The notes beneath the pieces are model-generated. The model did not search any database. It worked only from the letters and a program-made list of their open reading frames with translations, and was not told where the DNA came from. Positions 9,534 through 19,710 of a stretch of DNA of 64,000 nucleotides are shown here, in pieces (positions within the stretch are counted from its first letter, which is position 1; every line of letters begins with the position of its first letter). Origin of the DNA: Gemmatimonadales bacterium (GTDB lineage Bacteria > Gemmatimonadota > Gemmatimonadetes > Gemmatimonadales > GWC2-71-9); the NCBI GenBank assembly GCA_037189525.1, contig JBBCJC010000005.1, positions 800,001 through 864,000 of the forward strand, in the 5' to 3' direction. A program made the translations under genes and the position numbers.

Positions 9534-10865
9534 ATGGAACCCCCAGAATCCACCGGCGTCATCTCCGGACTCTTCGGCGTCGTTGCGCTGGTATTGGCCA
9601 ATGCGTTCTTCGTCGCGGCCGAGTTTGCCCTGGTCGGTGCCCGGAAAACGCGGCTCGAAGAAATGGGGCGGACCGGCGACCGCAAAGCTATCCTCGCCCA
9701 CCGCGCCGTTCAATCACTCGACCGGTACATCTCCGCGACCCAGCTGGGCATCACCCTATCGTCCCTGGGCCTCGGGTGGATCGGGGAACCGGCCCTGGCC
9801 CACCTGATCACCGGCCTGTTCACCTTCCTGCCCAGCGGGATCCAGCCGGTCGCGGTACACTCGGTCGCGATTGCCATCGCCTTCTCCATCATTTCGATCC
9901 TGCACATCGTGCTGGGTGAGCTGATGCCGAAAGCGGTCGCCCTGCTCTTCCCCGAGGAAGTCAGCCGCTGGACCGCCGGGCCGCTGATGGGATTTGCCTG
10001 GCTGATGTCGATCCCGATCCGGATCCTCAACGGCTCGGCCAACACGCTGCTCCGCCTGTTCGGGGTGCGGCGGCCCTCGGAACATGCCCGGGTCCACAGC
10101 GCCGACGAGATCCGGATGCTGGTCGAACAGAGCGAGGTCGGCGGGCAGGTCAGCCGGGAAGATGCCCGGCTGATCGAGGGTGTCTTCGAGTTCACCGAGA
10201 AGACTGCCCAGGACGTGATGACGCCCCGCACCGAAATCGTGGCGCTCGAGGCCAACCTGACGGTCGACCAGGCCGCCGGAATCGTCGCGACCGCAGGCCG
10301 CTCCCGCTATCCGGTCTTCCACGACACCCTGGATGAAATCGTCGGGATTACCCACGCCAAAGACATCCTCAAGGCCCTCCGCGCCAACCCGGCGCGGCCG
10401 ATCCAGACCATCAGCCGGCCTCCGCACCTGGTGCCCGGCACGCGCGAAGTCGAAGACGTCCTGGCCGACATGAAGCGCCTCAAGGTCCACATGGCCATCG
10501 TGCTCGACGAGTTCGGCGGCACGGCGGGGCTGGTCACCATGGAGGACCTGCTGGAGGAGATCGTCGGGCCGATCTTCGACGAACATGACCGGGTCGAACG
10601 ACCGCTCGATACCGCCGCCGCTCCTTTGATCGACGGGGCCATGCCGATCGACGAGTTCAACGAAGCGTATCAGGCCGAACTCGACGACACCGACTACACC
10701 ACCATCGGCGGCTTGCTCTTCGGTGAGTTGGGACGTCTCCCCGTCCCGGGAGACCGGATCGATGTCGGCGGCTTGACGTTCGAGATTACCGCGATGGAGG
10801 GACGGCGGGTCAAAACGGTTCGGCTGAGCAGCCGACAGGACGCCAAGACGGAAACGACGACCTAA
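9534..10865 (+). CDS. Hemolysin/CNNM family protein (DUF21-CBS-CorC)
   Basis: NAFFVAAEFALV, TQLGIT, HIVLGELMPK, VMTPRTEI, SRYPV, VLDEFGGTAGLVTMEDLLEEIVG. Confidence 0.95.
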   Translation: MEPPESTGVISGLFGVVALVLANAFFVAAEFALVGARKTRLEEMGRTGDRKAILAHRAVQSLDRYISATQLGITLSSLGLGWIGEPALAHLITGLFTFLPSGIQPVAVHSVAIAIAFSIISILHIVLGELMPKAVALLFPEEVSRWTAGPLMGFAWLMSIPIRILNGSANTLLRLFGVRRPSEHARVHSADEIRMLVEQSEVGGQVSREDARLIEGVFEFTEKTAQDVMTPRTEIVALEANLTVDQAAGIVATAGRSRYPVFHDTLDEIVGITHAKDILKALRANPARPIQTISRPPHLVPGTREVEDVLADMKRLKVHMAIVLDEFGGTAGLVTMEDLLEEIVGPIFDEHDRVERPLDTAAAPLIDGAMPIDEFNEAYQAELDDTDYTTIGGLLFGELGRLPVPGDRIDVGGLTFEITAMEGRRVKTVRLSSRQDAKTETTT

Positions 10866-11788
10866 GTCCTGCGGAGCGACGCCAGCCGGGCAGCGACCTC
10901 GAGCGCTTCCCGCATGCTGCGCGCATCGGCCAGTCCCTGCCCGGCAATATCGAAGGCCGTACCATGGTCGGGCGAGGTGCGCGGAAACGGCAACCCCAGC
11001 GTCACATTCACCCCCTGCCCGAACCCGGCGACCTTGACCGCCGTCATCCCGACGTCATGGTAGGGAGCCAGCACCGCATCGAACTCCCCGCGCATGGCGC
11101 GGACGAAGACGGTGTCGGCGGGATACGGCCCATGCGCACCCAGCGCCGCGATCGCCGGCGCCAGCACCCGGGTTTCCTCATCGCCGAAGAGACCCTGTTC
11201 ACCCGCATGCGGATTGAGCGCGCACACCGCCAGGCGCGGCTCGTCGATCCCGAACCAGGCCCGGAGCCCGGCCGCCGTGACCCGACCGGTCCGGATGATC
11301 CGTTCGGTGGTGAGCACGGCCGGAACGTCCCGCAGCGCAATGTGGGTCGTGATGAGCACGACCCGGAGCGCCCCGGCTGCCAGCATCATCGCGACATCGA
11401 CATCGCCAGCCAGGTGGGCAAGCCACTCGGTATGCCCGGGGTAGCGGAAACCGGCGACATGCAGGGCATGCTTTTCGACCGGCGCCGTCACGATCGCATC
11501 GACCGTCCCCGCCTTTGCCAGCGCCACGGCCCGCTCGACCGCATGGCCCGCCAGCTGGCCCGCCCGAGCCACCCGCCGGCGATCCTCGGGCCGCGCCCCC
11601 GCACCGGCCCCCCAAGGGCCTAGGCCGACCGTCTCGACGCCCGGAACGGCCGCGACCTGGTCATCGGCGCCGATCAGGATCAGATCGGCGTCGAGCGGCT
11701 CTGCTAAGGCTTTGGCTACGATTTCCGGACCGATACCCCGGGGATCACCCAGGGTAACGGCAAGGCGGGGACGGCGGGGTGAGGTCAC
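10862..11788 (-). CDS. pdxA: 4-hydroxythreonine-4-phosphate dehydrogenase
   Basis: TLGDPRGIGPEI, PGHTEWLA, ALNPHAGEQGLFGDEE, YHDVG, VNVTLGLPFPRTSPDHGTAFDIAG. Confidence 0.97.
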   Translation of the reverse strand: MTSPRRPRLAVTLGDPRGIGPEIVAKALAEPLDADLILIGADDQVAAVPGVETVGLGPWGAGAGARPEDRRRVARAGQLAGHAVERAVALAKAGTVDAIVTAPVEKHALHVAGFRYPGHTEWLAHLAGDVDVAMMLAAGALRVVLITTHIALRDVPAVLTTERIIRTGRVTAAGLRAWFGIDEPRLAVCALNPHAGEQGLFGDEETRVLAPAIAALGAHGPYPADTVFVRAMRGEFDAVLAPYHDVGMTAVKVAGFGQGVNVTLGLPFPRTSPDHGTAFDIAGQGLADARSMREALEVAARLASLRRT

Positions 11789-13152
11789 ACGTCGCGAATC
11801 TGGACGAAACTGGCCTTACGCAGGCGTTCGAGGTGGCGCCCTTCGCCCAGCCGGCGGGCCAGATTGCGCCGGATCTGTTCCCGAACGTCTTCGTAGCGTA
11901 CTTCGCCGGCCGGAGTCCGCTTGGTCAGCTGCACAATGGCCCACTTGGACCGGATCGGGTCGGGCGACGGCAACTGGAACAGCGGTCCCACGCCGCCTTC
12001 GGCCAAACCCGCAAACGCCTGACCATATCCGGGCGCTTGCTGCGCCAGCTGGCCGATCGGGTACTGCTGGACTTCGCGCTCTTCCATCCGATCGTGATAG
12101 AGACGCTGGAGACTGTCGAACGACGCCCCGGCAACCGCGGCGGCCTGGACCCGCTCCGCCAGCGCATAGGCGCTGTCCGCGTTGGTCGAATCGATGACCG
12201 GCATGATCAAAATGTGCCGGACATGCACTTCCGCAGCCTGAACCCGCTCCACCTGAATCAGGTGGAAGCCAAAGCCGGTTTCGACCGGATTGGAGATCTG
12301 CCCGGGGCGCAGCGAGAAGGCCGCCGCCTCGAAGCGCGGGTCATATCCCTGCCCGCGCCGGATCCAGTTGAGCGAGCCCCCCTGTTCCTTGGTGCCGGGA
12401 TCCATCGAGAAACGGCGGGCCGCGGTCGCAAAGTCCGCCCCCTTCCGCAACTCGACCAGAATCGAATCGATCAGCTGACGCGCCACTTGCTTGGCCGAAT
12501 CGCTCGGCTGCGGAGCAATCACGATCTGCCGGAACGAGACCAATTCGGGCCGAGGCTCGAAATTGCCCTTCTGCTGCTCGAAGTACTGCCGGATTTCCTC
12601 GTCGGTGGGCGGCACGTCTTTGACGATGCCCCGCTGGCGAAGATTGTCCCAGAAGCGATTGGCCAGGAAGGTGCGGCGCTGCTGCTCGGCGCTGAAGGTG
12701 CGCCATTCTTCGAGGGTCTGAAACCCGGTCCGCTGCAGTTCGGTCCGAAACTGTTCTTCGGACTGATACTGGCCCCGCACGTTCCGGTAGAGCTGGTCGA
12801 CCGACTGGGTGATCTCTTCGTCGGTGACTTTGATCGTGGTATCGCGCGAGGCCTGCTGCACCACCAGTTCCTCGTTTACCAGCGACTCGAGAATCCCGCG
12901 CTGCAACTGGCGGAGGACCGCCGGATCGGTGGGCGCCGGGCGGCCGCGGAGCTCGATCAGCATCCGCTCCTGCACTTCCGACTGCAGGAGCGGACGCGTC
13001 CCGACCACGGCCACGATCTGATCGATCGTGGTCGCCGAATCGGCCGTCTGCGCCGCTGCGCGGCCGGCGGGCGCAACCAGCGCACCCGCCAACCCGAGCC
13101 ACGCCAACCGGGTCGAAAACAACCGTGGCATCCTCACCGTCAGATTCCTCAC
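11785..13152 (-). CDS. surA: SurA-like periplasmic peptidyl-prolyl isomerase
   Basis: Signal peptide, IDQIVAVVG SurA N-domain, GADFATAARRFSMDPG..GGSL...FE.AAF.L.PGQISNPVETGFGFHLIQV; upstream of pdxA. Start may be 13131. Confidence 0.88.
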   Translation of the reverse strand: MRNLTVRMPRLFSTRLAWLGLAGALVAPAGRAAAQTADSATTIDQIVAVVGTRPLLQSEVQERMLIELRGRPAPTDPAVLRQLQRGILESLVNEELVVQQASRDTTIKVTDEEITQSVDQLYRNVRGQYQSEEQFRTELQRTGFQTLEEWRTFSAEQQRRTFLANRFWDNLRQRGIVKDVPPTDEEIRQYFEQQKGNFEPRPELVSFRQIVIAPQPSDSAKQVARQLIDSILVELRKGADFATAARRFSMDPGTKEQGGSLNWIRRGQGYDPRFEAAAFSLRPGQISNPVETGFGFHLIQVERVQAAEVHVRHILIMPVIDSTNADSAYALAERVQAAAVAGASFDSLQRLYHDRMEEREVQQYPIGQLAQQAPGYGQAFAGLAEGGVGPLFQLPSPDPIRSKWAIVQLTKRTPAGEVRYEDVREQIRRNLARRLGEGRHLERLRKASFVQIRDV

Positions 13153-13157
13153 GTCGA

Positions 13158-14600
13158 TCAGGGCTGCGGCGGTGTCGGCTCCGCCCCTTCGATCGGCGGG
13201 CCAGCAGGCGCCTGCTGAATCGCCCCCGGCGCCGGCCGCGCACTCGCTTCGGCCGAATCCTTCTTGAACTGCGTGGTGGCCAGTTCGACCGACCGCGCAA
13301 TCCCGGGCTGATGGATCTTCCCGAGCTTGAGCCCGCGCAGATGCGCCGACAACTCCGGCGGCAACTGGATCATCTGGGCCTGGCCCTCGAGCAGCTTAGT
13401 AAAGAAGGTGTCGATCTTCTCGCTGGCCAGCTTGGCCTTCGCTTCCGGAGCCAGGGTCGACGAATCCGACAGTTCCGGCACGGCCAGACCAAGTTCGTTC
13501 TCGATCTGCGCGACGATCTGGTTGTAGCGCACGAACGCGAACTGCTTCATCTGCGCTTCCGGGGTGATCCCGGCGGAGTCGGCCGCGCGCAGCAAGAGGG
13601 TGCGCAGGCCCAGATCCTTGGCAAAGGCGGTCAGCAGGCTGTCCGGCGCGCTCCGGATCTGCATCTTGGCCTGGACGTTGAACATCGCGGCCCATTTGGC
13701 AAAGTCACCGACGGTGATATTGCCGCTCTTGGCCTTGGCCAGCACCTTGCTCGACCCGCGCGCGTTCTCCAGATCGGCCACGGCGCTCTTGATGGCCGCC
13801 GGCGCTCCGCTGGTCACTTCGAGATTGTTGGCCGCGATCAGCTCGGCCTGGTAGGTCGAATCGACCGAGGAAAGCCCGTGCTGGCCAAACCCGGTCTGGA
13901 ACCGGTCGCGCGCCTCGGCAAAAGCCGGGCGGCGGATCAGGTGGTAGCCGAACTGGGTGGTGATGACGTCCGTCACCTCGCCGGGAGCCAGCTGCCATGC
14001 CGGATCCTCGAACTCGGGCACGAACTGGCCGCGCGGTCCGAACGGGAGATAGCCCTGATCGTTCTTGCTGCCGTCGGCGCTCAGCTGCGACGCGATCTGG
14101 CCGAAATTGGCGCCACCCCGAACCCGCGCCAGCGCCGCGGTCAGCTGCTGCCGAGCGGCTGCGCTGTCGCGAGCCGTCGGTCCGGCCGGAATCACGATGA
14201 TGTGCTGGAAGATCCGGTAGGTCGGCTCGTTGTAGGCCGCCTCGAGGGCTTCGGGCGTCATCGAGAACCGCTTGGCGCGCACGGAGTCGCGCAGCAGGTT
14301 GAGCCGAATGGTCGACAAGGTCGGCCAGAGCATCGCCTCGACCGCCGTCGAGTCGCTCGGCACCTTGTCTTCGGCCACGGCCTGACCCAGCAGCGCGTAG
14401 TCGAGCCAGAGGTTCGAGATGAACTCGGCGGCTTCGACCGTCGGGGTCCCGCCGCCCGACTGGTTCATGATCGACGCCACCCGCTCGGCAGTCAGCTGAT
14501 GCTCACCCACCTCCGCCGCGACGTCCGATCGCGCCGAGAAGCGATCGCAACCTCCCAGGAGCGCGCTTCCGACTACCAGTCCCAACACCAAACGGCTCAT
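13158..14600 (-). CDS. PpiC-type peptidyl-prolyl isomerase, probable lipoprotein
   Basis: LLGGC lipobox; GANFGQIASQLSADGS..QGYL...FVPEFE...GEVTDVITTQFGYHLIR. Confidence 0.88.
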   Translation of the reverse strand: MSRLVLGLVVGSALLGGCDRFSARSDVAAEVGEHQLTAERVASIMNQSGGGTPTVEAAEFISNLWLDYALLGQAVAEDKVPSDSTAVEAMLWPTLSTIRLNLLRDSVRAKRFSMTPEALEAAYNEPTYRIFQHIIVIPAGPTARDSAAARQQLTAALARVRGGANFGQIASQLSADGSKNDQGYLPFGPRGQFVPEFEDPAWQLAPGEVTDVITTQFGYHLIRRPAFAEARDRFQTGFGQHGLSSVDSTYQAELIAANNLEVTSGAPAAIKSAVADLENARGSSKVLAKAKSGNITVGDFAKWAAMFNVQAKMQIRSAPDSLLTAFAKDLGLRTLLLRAADSAGITPEAQMKQFAFVRYNQIVAQIENELGLAVPELSDSSTLAPEAKAKLASEKIDTFFTKLLEGQAQMIQLPPELSAHLRGLKLGKIHQPGIARSVELATTQFKKDSAEASARPAPGAIQQAPAGPPIEGAEPTPPQP

Positions 14601-14650
14601 GTCCACTCCATTCGAGTTTCTTGGATGACCGGCGTGGCCACCCGGTCGCA

Positions 14651-17600
14651 TCAGGTCGTAACGACTTGTCTCAACGCCCGCACCACGGCGGGAATGATTG
14701 CTTCACCGCCCAGACGGACCAGCCGGAGCGAGAGCGGTACGGTCCGCCGCACATCGGCGGACAACTGCACTTGGTCGAGCGCGGCCGTGAGGCGGGCCAT
14801 CCGCGGCGTCGTGCCTGCCCGGAAACTGACCCGCGCCTCATCGCCACGCACCAGAATGTGCTGAATACCGAGCGCCGCGCCGACGACCCGGAGACGGGTC
14901 AGGTCGAGCAGATTCTCAGCCTCATCCGGCGGGGCCCCGAAACGTTCCCGAAGCTCCTGGCGTAACTCATCAATTTCGCCAGGCGAGGCCGCCCGCGCCA
15001 GTCGGCGATAGACATCGAGCTTGGTGTCGTCGTCGGCCACATACTCGTCCGGAAGGTGGGCCGGCCGGTCGAACACCACGTCGGGCGGCGCCGGCGCCTC
15101 GACCGCCCCCCCCGAAGCCCGGAGCGATTTGACGGTCTCTTCGAGCCACCGGAGGTAGAGATCGAAACCGACTGCATGGGCATGTCCCGACTGCTCGCCG
15201 CCCAGCAGGTTTCCCGCGCCGCGGATCTCCATGTCCTTGAGCGCAATCCGGTACCCCGCCCCCAGCTCGGTATGGTGCTCCAGCACCTTGAGCCGATCCT
15301 CGGCATCCTGATCCATCAGATCCGGCGTCAGCAGATAGCAGTAGGCTCGACGATGACTGCGGCCGACCCGCCCCCGCAGCTGATAGAGCTGGGCCAGACC
15401 CAGCCGATGGGCGTCGTGCACCACCATGGTATTGGCGTTCGGCACGTCGATCCCGGACTCGACGATCATGGTGGAGACCAGGATGTCGATTTCGCCGAGC
15501 ACGAAGCGGCGCATCACGGCCTCGAGACCGTCGGCCGACATCTGGCCGTGCGCGACCCCCACCCGGGCCCGCGGAGCCAGCGTGCGCACCCGCTCCGCAA
15601 TCGTCTCGATGGTTTCGATCCGATTGTGGATGAAGAAGACCTGCCCTCCCCGGTCCAGCTCGCGCGCAAAGGCCTCTTCCAAGAGCCCGTCGTCCCACGG
15701 TTCCAGGAAGGTGAGGATGGGCGACCGGTCACGCGGCGCAGTCTCGATCAGGCTGAGATCGCGAATGCCCGCGAGCGACATGTGCAGCGTGCGCGGAATC
15801 GGCGTGGCCGTGAGCGTCAGCACATCGACGGCCAGACGCAACGCCTTGATCTGCTCTTTGTGCTTGACCCCGAAACGGTGCTCTTCGTCGACGATCAGCA
15901 GACCCAGATCTTTGAAGTCGACATCCGGCGAGAGCAGCCGATGGGTGCCGATGGTGATGTCGACCACACCGTTCGCCACCTCGGCCAGCACGGTTTTCTG
16001 TTCCTTGCCGGTCCGGAAGCGCGACACGACCTCGACCCGAAGCGGGAAATCGGCCAGTCGCTCCGCAAAGGTCCGCCCATGCTGCTCGGCAAGCACGGTG
16101 GTCGGCACCAGTACCACGACCTGTTTGCCGCCCTGCACCGCTTTGAACGCCGCCCGAACCGCGATTTCCGTCTTGCCATACCCGACGTCGCCGACCAGCA
16201 GACGATCCATCGGCACAGGACGCTCCATATCCCGCTTGACGTCCTCGGTCGACTTGCGCTGATCGGGGGTGTCCTCATAGAGGAAACTCGACTCGAGTTC
16301 CCGCTGCCACTTGGTGTCGGGTGGGAAGGCAAAGCCGGCCTGGACCTGGCGCCGCGCATACAGCTCCAGCAGCTCCGCAGCCATCTTCTGGATCGCCTCA
16401 CGCGCCTTCTCGCGGATCCGTTTCCAGCTGGTGCTGCCGAGCCGATGGATCCGTGGTGGCGCTGCATCGCCGTCGTCGCCGGCGCTCCGATAGCGCTCGA
16501 CCTGATCGAGCCGGTAGAGCGGCACGTGCAGGCGATCGCCGCCTTCGTACTCCAGCACCGCAACCTCGAGCAGGCCGCCTTCCACTTCGATGGTCCGGAT
16601 GCCCCGGTAGATCCCGATGCCGTGATCGAGATGCACCACGTAGTCTCCGTTGGCCAGCGCGCCGGCCGCCGCCACCGGCGCCGCCTGGCGGTAGCGCCGA
16701 GGCCGCCGGAGCCGACGGGCCCGCCGGAAGATCTCATGGTCGGTCATGACGCGGAGCGACGGCATCACGAAACCGCCATCGAGCGCGCCGACCGTCAGCG
16801 CCGCGGCCGAAGCCCGGCCATGCTCTTCGAGCAACTCGGAGAGCCGTTCGAGCTGGCCCTCGTTGTCGCAGAGAATCAGCGTGGGCAACCCGCCGTCGAG
16901 GAGCGATCGCAACCGTTTGATATCGCGATCGACCTTTTCGGGCGGGAAAAAGCCTGCCTGGAGATCGACCGGCTCATCGGCCAGCGCAAGCTGCGCAAAG
17001 CGGGTTGCGAGCGGCCGCCACTGCTCCGGATCGAGGAACAGGTCGCTCCGGGCGGGCACCTCTTCCCCGGTGCGCCGCGCCACGTCCAGGTGATGCTCGG
17101 CCTCGCGCCAGGCCCGGCTGACCTCCTCATTCCCGGCCGTGATCGAATCGACCAGGAGCAGCGCGCCGGCGGGGAGCAATTCGAGCAAGGACCGGCGGAC
17201 CGGGGGCGCTGTCGCTGCCGCCACGGTGGCATCGAATGGCTTGGTCCGCACCGGCAACACCGTCACCACGTCGAGCAGGTCGCCGCTCCGCTGGGTGGTG
17301 AGATCGAAGCTGCGGAGGCTCTCGATCACGTCGCCCCACCACTCGGCCCGGGTCGGCGCGCTCATCCCGAAGCCGTAGAGGTCGACGATGCCGCCGCGGA
17401 CGCTGAACTGCCCGACTTCGAGCACGGTCGCGACTCGCTCATATCCCATCGCCAGCAGCTGGTCGACGGTGCCAGAGAGCGGATGATCCTCCGCCCGGCG
17501 GAGTTCGAGACGCATTGCCGCCAGTGCCGCGGGCACGGCGGTTCGCTCGGCCGTGGCCCGGGCGGTCGTGACCAGAATCTCGAGCTGCCCGCCAAGCAGA

Positions 17601-17923
17601 GCTTCGATCGTCTCGGTCCGTTCGCCCGCGATCTCGACGTGATGTTCTTCCTCACCGAGCGCTTCCCGCTGCGGATAGAGCGCGACCCGCCGATCGGTGA
17701 GTTGGCTCAGGTCGGCCAACCAGCGCTCCGCCTCGGCCGGCGTGGTTGCCACTACGGTGATGAGCCGGTTGTTCCGCTGCTCCGCGAGCCACGCCGCCAG
17801 GACCGCGGGGCTCGACCCCGCGAGCCCGCCGACCCGGAGCAGGCCGCTGCCGATCGGGAGCCGTTCCAGCACCTCTCCGGCAAACCGGGTCCGACCGAAC
17901 GCATCGAGAACGGCGCGCAGCAT
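14651..17923 (-). CDS. mfd: Transcription-repair coupling factor
   Basis: GQFSVRGGIVD, DYVVHLDHGIG (CarD-like), MDRLLVGDVGYGKTE, DEEHRFGV, TATPIPRTL, QLRGRVGRS, TRCF C-terminus; ATG 17923. Confidence 0.98.
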   Translation of the reverse strand: MLRAVLDAFGRTRFAGEVLERLPIGSGLLRVGGLAGSSPAVLAAWLAEQRNNRLITVVATTPAEAERWLADLSQLTDRRVALYPQREALGEEEHHVEIAGERTETIEALLGGQLEILVTTARATAERTAVPAALAAMRLELRRAEDHPLSGTVDQLLAMGYERVATVLEVGQFSVRGGIVDLYGFGMSAPTRAEWWGDVIESLRSFDLTTQRSGDLLDVVTVLPVRTKPFDATVAAATAPPVRRSLLELLPAGALLLVDSITAGNEEVSRAWREAEHHLDVARRTGEEVPARSDLFLDPEQWRPLATRFAQLALADEPVDLQAGFFPPEKVDRDIKRLRSLLDGGLPTLILCDNEGQLERLSELLEEHGRASAAALTVGALDGGFVMPSLRVMTDHEIFRRARRLRRPRRYRQAAPVAAAGALANGDYVVHLDHGIGIYRGIRTIEVEGGLLEVAVLEYEGGDRLHVPLYRLDQVERYRSAGDDGDAAPPRIHRLGSTSWKRIREKAREAIQKMAAELLELYARRQVQAGFAFPPDTKWQRELESSFLYEDTPDQRKSTEDVKRDMERPVPMDRLLVGDVGYGKTEIAVRAAFKAVQGGKQVVVLVPTTVLAEQHGRTFAERLADFPLRVEVVSRFRTGKEQKTVLAEVANGVVDITIGTHRLLSPDVDFKDLGLLIVDEEHRFGVKHKEQIKALRLAVDVLTLTATPIPRTLHMSLAGIRDLSLIETAPRDRSPILTFLEPWDDGLLEEAFARELDRGGQVFFIHNRIETIETIAERVRTLAPRARVGVAHGQMSADGLEAVMRRFVLGEIDILVSTMIVESGIDVPNANTMVVHDAHRLGLAQLYQLRGRVGRSHRRAYCYLLTPDLMDQDAEDRLKVLEHHTELGAGYRIALKDMEIRGAGNLLGGEQSGHAHAVGFDLYLRWLEETVKSLRASGGAVEAPAPPDVVFDRPAHLPDEYVADDDTKLDVYRRLARAASPGEIDELRQELRERFGAPPDEAENLLDLTRLRVVGAALGIQHILVRGDEARVSFRAGTTPRMARLTAALDQVQLSADVRRTVPLSLRLVRLGGEAIIPAVVRALRQVVTT

Positions 17924-19710
17924 CAGGCCCGTCCCTTGGCGCGCACCGCGCTGGCCAGCGCGACCTCGGCCAGGCCCAGCAGTAGCGCGGCAAGCAGGAG
18001 CAAACCGCGCAGATCGCTGGTGGCTCCGGCATGGAACGCCAACGCCCCCGCGCGATCGGGCTCCCCGATGCGCGCCTCGGGCCACAAGGCCCGGACTTCG
18101 TCATCGGTGGCCCGGACCAGGTCGGACTCGCGCGGATCCGGATTGACGTTGAGGACGCCGATCGTGTCGCTGCCGGCAAGCAGGAAATGCGGACTCGGAT
18201 GCTGAGGACGGAACAGCGCTCCGCCTTCGATCGGCCAGCGCTGGTCGCCCTGCGCCACCGCGGTAACGCGATCGGGTACGGCCACGGCATCGCCAGGTGC
18301 GGAGGAGAGCTGCGCCCCTTCGCCGCGGCTGGCCCGATTCAGCACGCCGTCCAGGAACGGCACGAAGCCGGCCGACACCGGCAGCGTGGTCCATTCCGGT
18401 TCGAGCCGGCTGGCGATCAACACGAGCCGCCCGCTGCGCACCATCCAGGGTTCGCCGCCCGCCGTGACCAGCACATCCGTCGGCGCGCCGCCCTGAAAGG
18501 TCAAACGATACCGCCGAGCCACACCGACCCGGCCGATCCAGGCCCCGCTATCCGTCGTGGTCGGGAGGACCGTCAGATCGCCGAACCGCCAGTTAGCGCC
18601 CCGCGCGGCCAGGGCGCGATTGACCGCGCCGAGTTGGGCGGGGTCGCGAGGCGGCATGACCACCGACGCGCCCGCAGTGACCGGACCGAGCGCCACTTCG
18701 CCCCCGGGCACGATCCGCCCGTTCTGGACCAGCACATCCGCGGCAGTGGCAATGAAGCGGTCCTCGGCCGACCACTGCACCCGGGCCGCGGGCGCCACCC
18801 GGACGGCGATCCGCCGCGCATCGTCGGTACGCAACTCGTCGGGATCGAGTTCGGCCTCGACGGTCCACCACCCGGCCGAGAGTCCGGTAATCCGCTGGGC
18901 GCCCTGCCCACCTACCGGAATGAGCAACTGGCGCACCGGCCGGTTACCGGCTACGACCGTGACCGGCCTCGGCGCCGTACCGATCCCGGCGACGGTGATG
19001 CCCGCGGTACCGCCATCCGCGCCCCACGGCTGCGCACCGACCGTCATCCCACTCAGCCCCGCATTGGCCGGCGGCGCCTCGGCCGGCCGGAGCACCGTCA
19101 TCGGTATCGTCACTACCGAACCCGCCAGCGCCGAGCGCTGCAGGTCGGACACGACGACGATTTCCCCCGGCAGGGACTGGGCGGCCACGATATCGGAGGC
19201 GCGCGCCACGGCCGCGCCGAGATCGAGCCGGCGGGACGACGCTCCGACCGAGTCGAGTTGCGCAGCCAGCGCGGCCGCGGTTCCGGCTCGCGGAATACCG
19301 TCGGCCGTGATGAGCCAGAGCCGGTCGTCGGGTGTGGCTCGATCAAAGACGGTACGGGCAGCGGCCACCAGCCCGTCCAGGACCGGCACGCCGCCCTGGA
19401 TGGCGCCGCTCGACAGCGAGTTGTCGAGTACCAGCACCAGCGCGGCCGGCGGATGCGCACCAATCCCCGACTTGGGCCAGCGGGGCCCGGCCGCCGCAAG
19501 GACCAGCGCGGCAATCAAGAGCGTCCGCAAGACGAGCAGCACCAGGTGCTCGAGTTGCAACCGGCGCTGATGGAGACGGGTGGCGTCCGCCAGGTACCGG
19601 GTGGCCGGAAACACCACCGTCGGCGGCTCCCGGCGAGCCAGGAGATGCAGGATGATCGGGATGCCGGCGAGCACGAGCCCGGCGAGGGCCCACGGCGTCG
19701 AGAACGTCAT
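17923..19710 (-). CDS. BatA N-terminal and vWA domain membrane protein
   Basis: MTFSTPWAL..IPIILHLL..R.P..VVFPA..L BatA motif; LVLDNSLSS MIDAS-like motif; VVVSDLQ; NPDPRESDL before a C-terminal TM. Confidence 0.88.
   Translation of the reverse strand: MTFSTPWALAGLVLAGIPIILHLLARREPPTVVFPATRYLADATRLHQRRLQLEHLVLLVLRTLLIAALVLAAAGPRWPKSGIGAHPPAALVLVLDNSLSSGAIQGGVPVLDGLVAAARTVFDRATPDDRLWLITADGIPRAGTAAALAAQLDSVGASSRRLDLGAAVARASDIVAAQSLPGEIVVVSDLQRSALAGSVVTIPMTVLRPAEAPPANAGLSGMTVGAQPWGADGGTAGITVAGIGTAPRPVTVVAGNRPVRQLLIPVGGQGAQRITGLSAGWWTVEAELDPDELRTDDARRIAVRVAPAARVQWSAEDRFIATAADVLVQNGRIVPGGEVALGPVTAGASVVMPPRDPAQLGAVNRALAARGANWRFGDLTVLPTTTDSGAWIGRVGVARRYRLTFQGGAPTDVLVTAGGEPWMVRSGRLVLIASRLEPEWTTLPVSAGFVPFLDGVLNRASRGEGAQLSSAPGDAVAVPDRVTAVAQGDQRWPIEGGALFRPQHPSPHFLLAGSDTIGVLNVNPDPRESDLVRATDDEVRALWPEARIGEPDRAGALAFHAGATSDLRGLLLLAALLLGLAEVALASAVRAKGRA

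Noticed and set aside
15056..18205. 1049-aa plus-strand ORF and other long antisense ORFs (e.g. 59714..62137, 18031..19788)
   Set aside because: High-GC antisense shadows of mfd, mltD, batA and others; no domain motifs.
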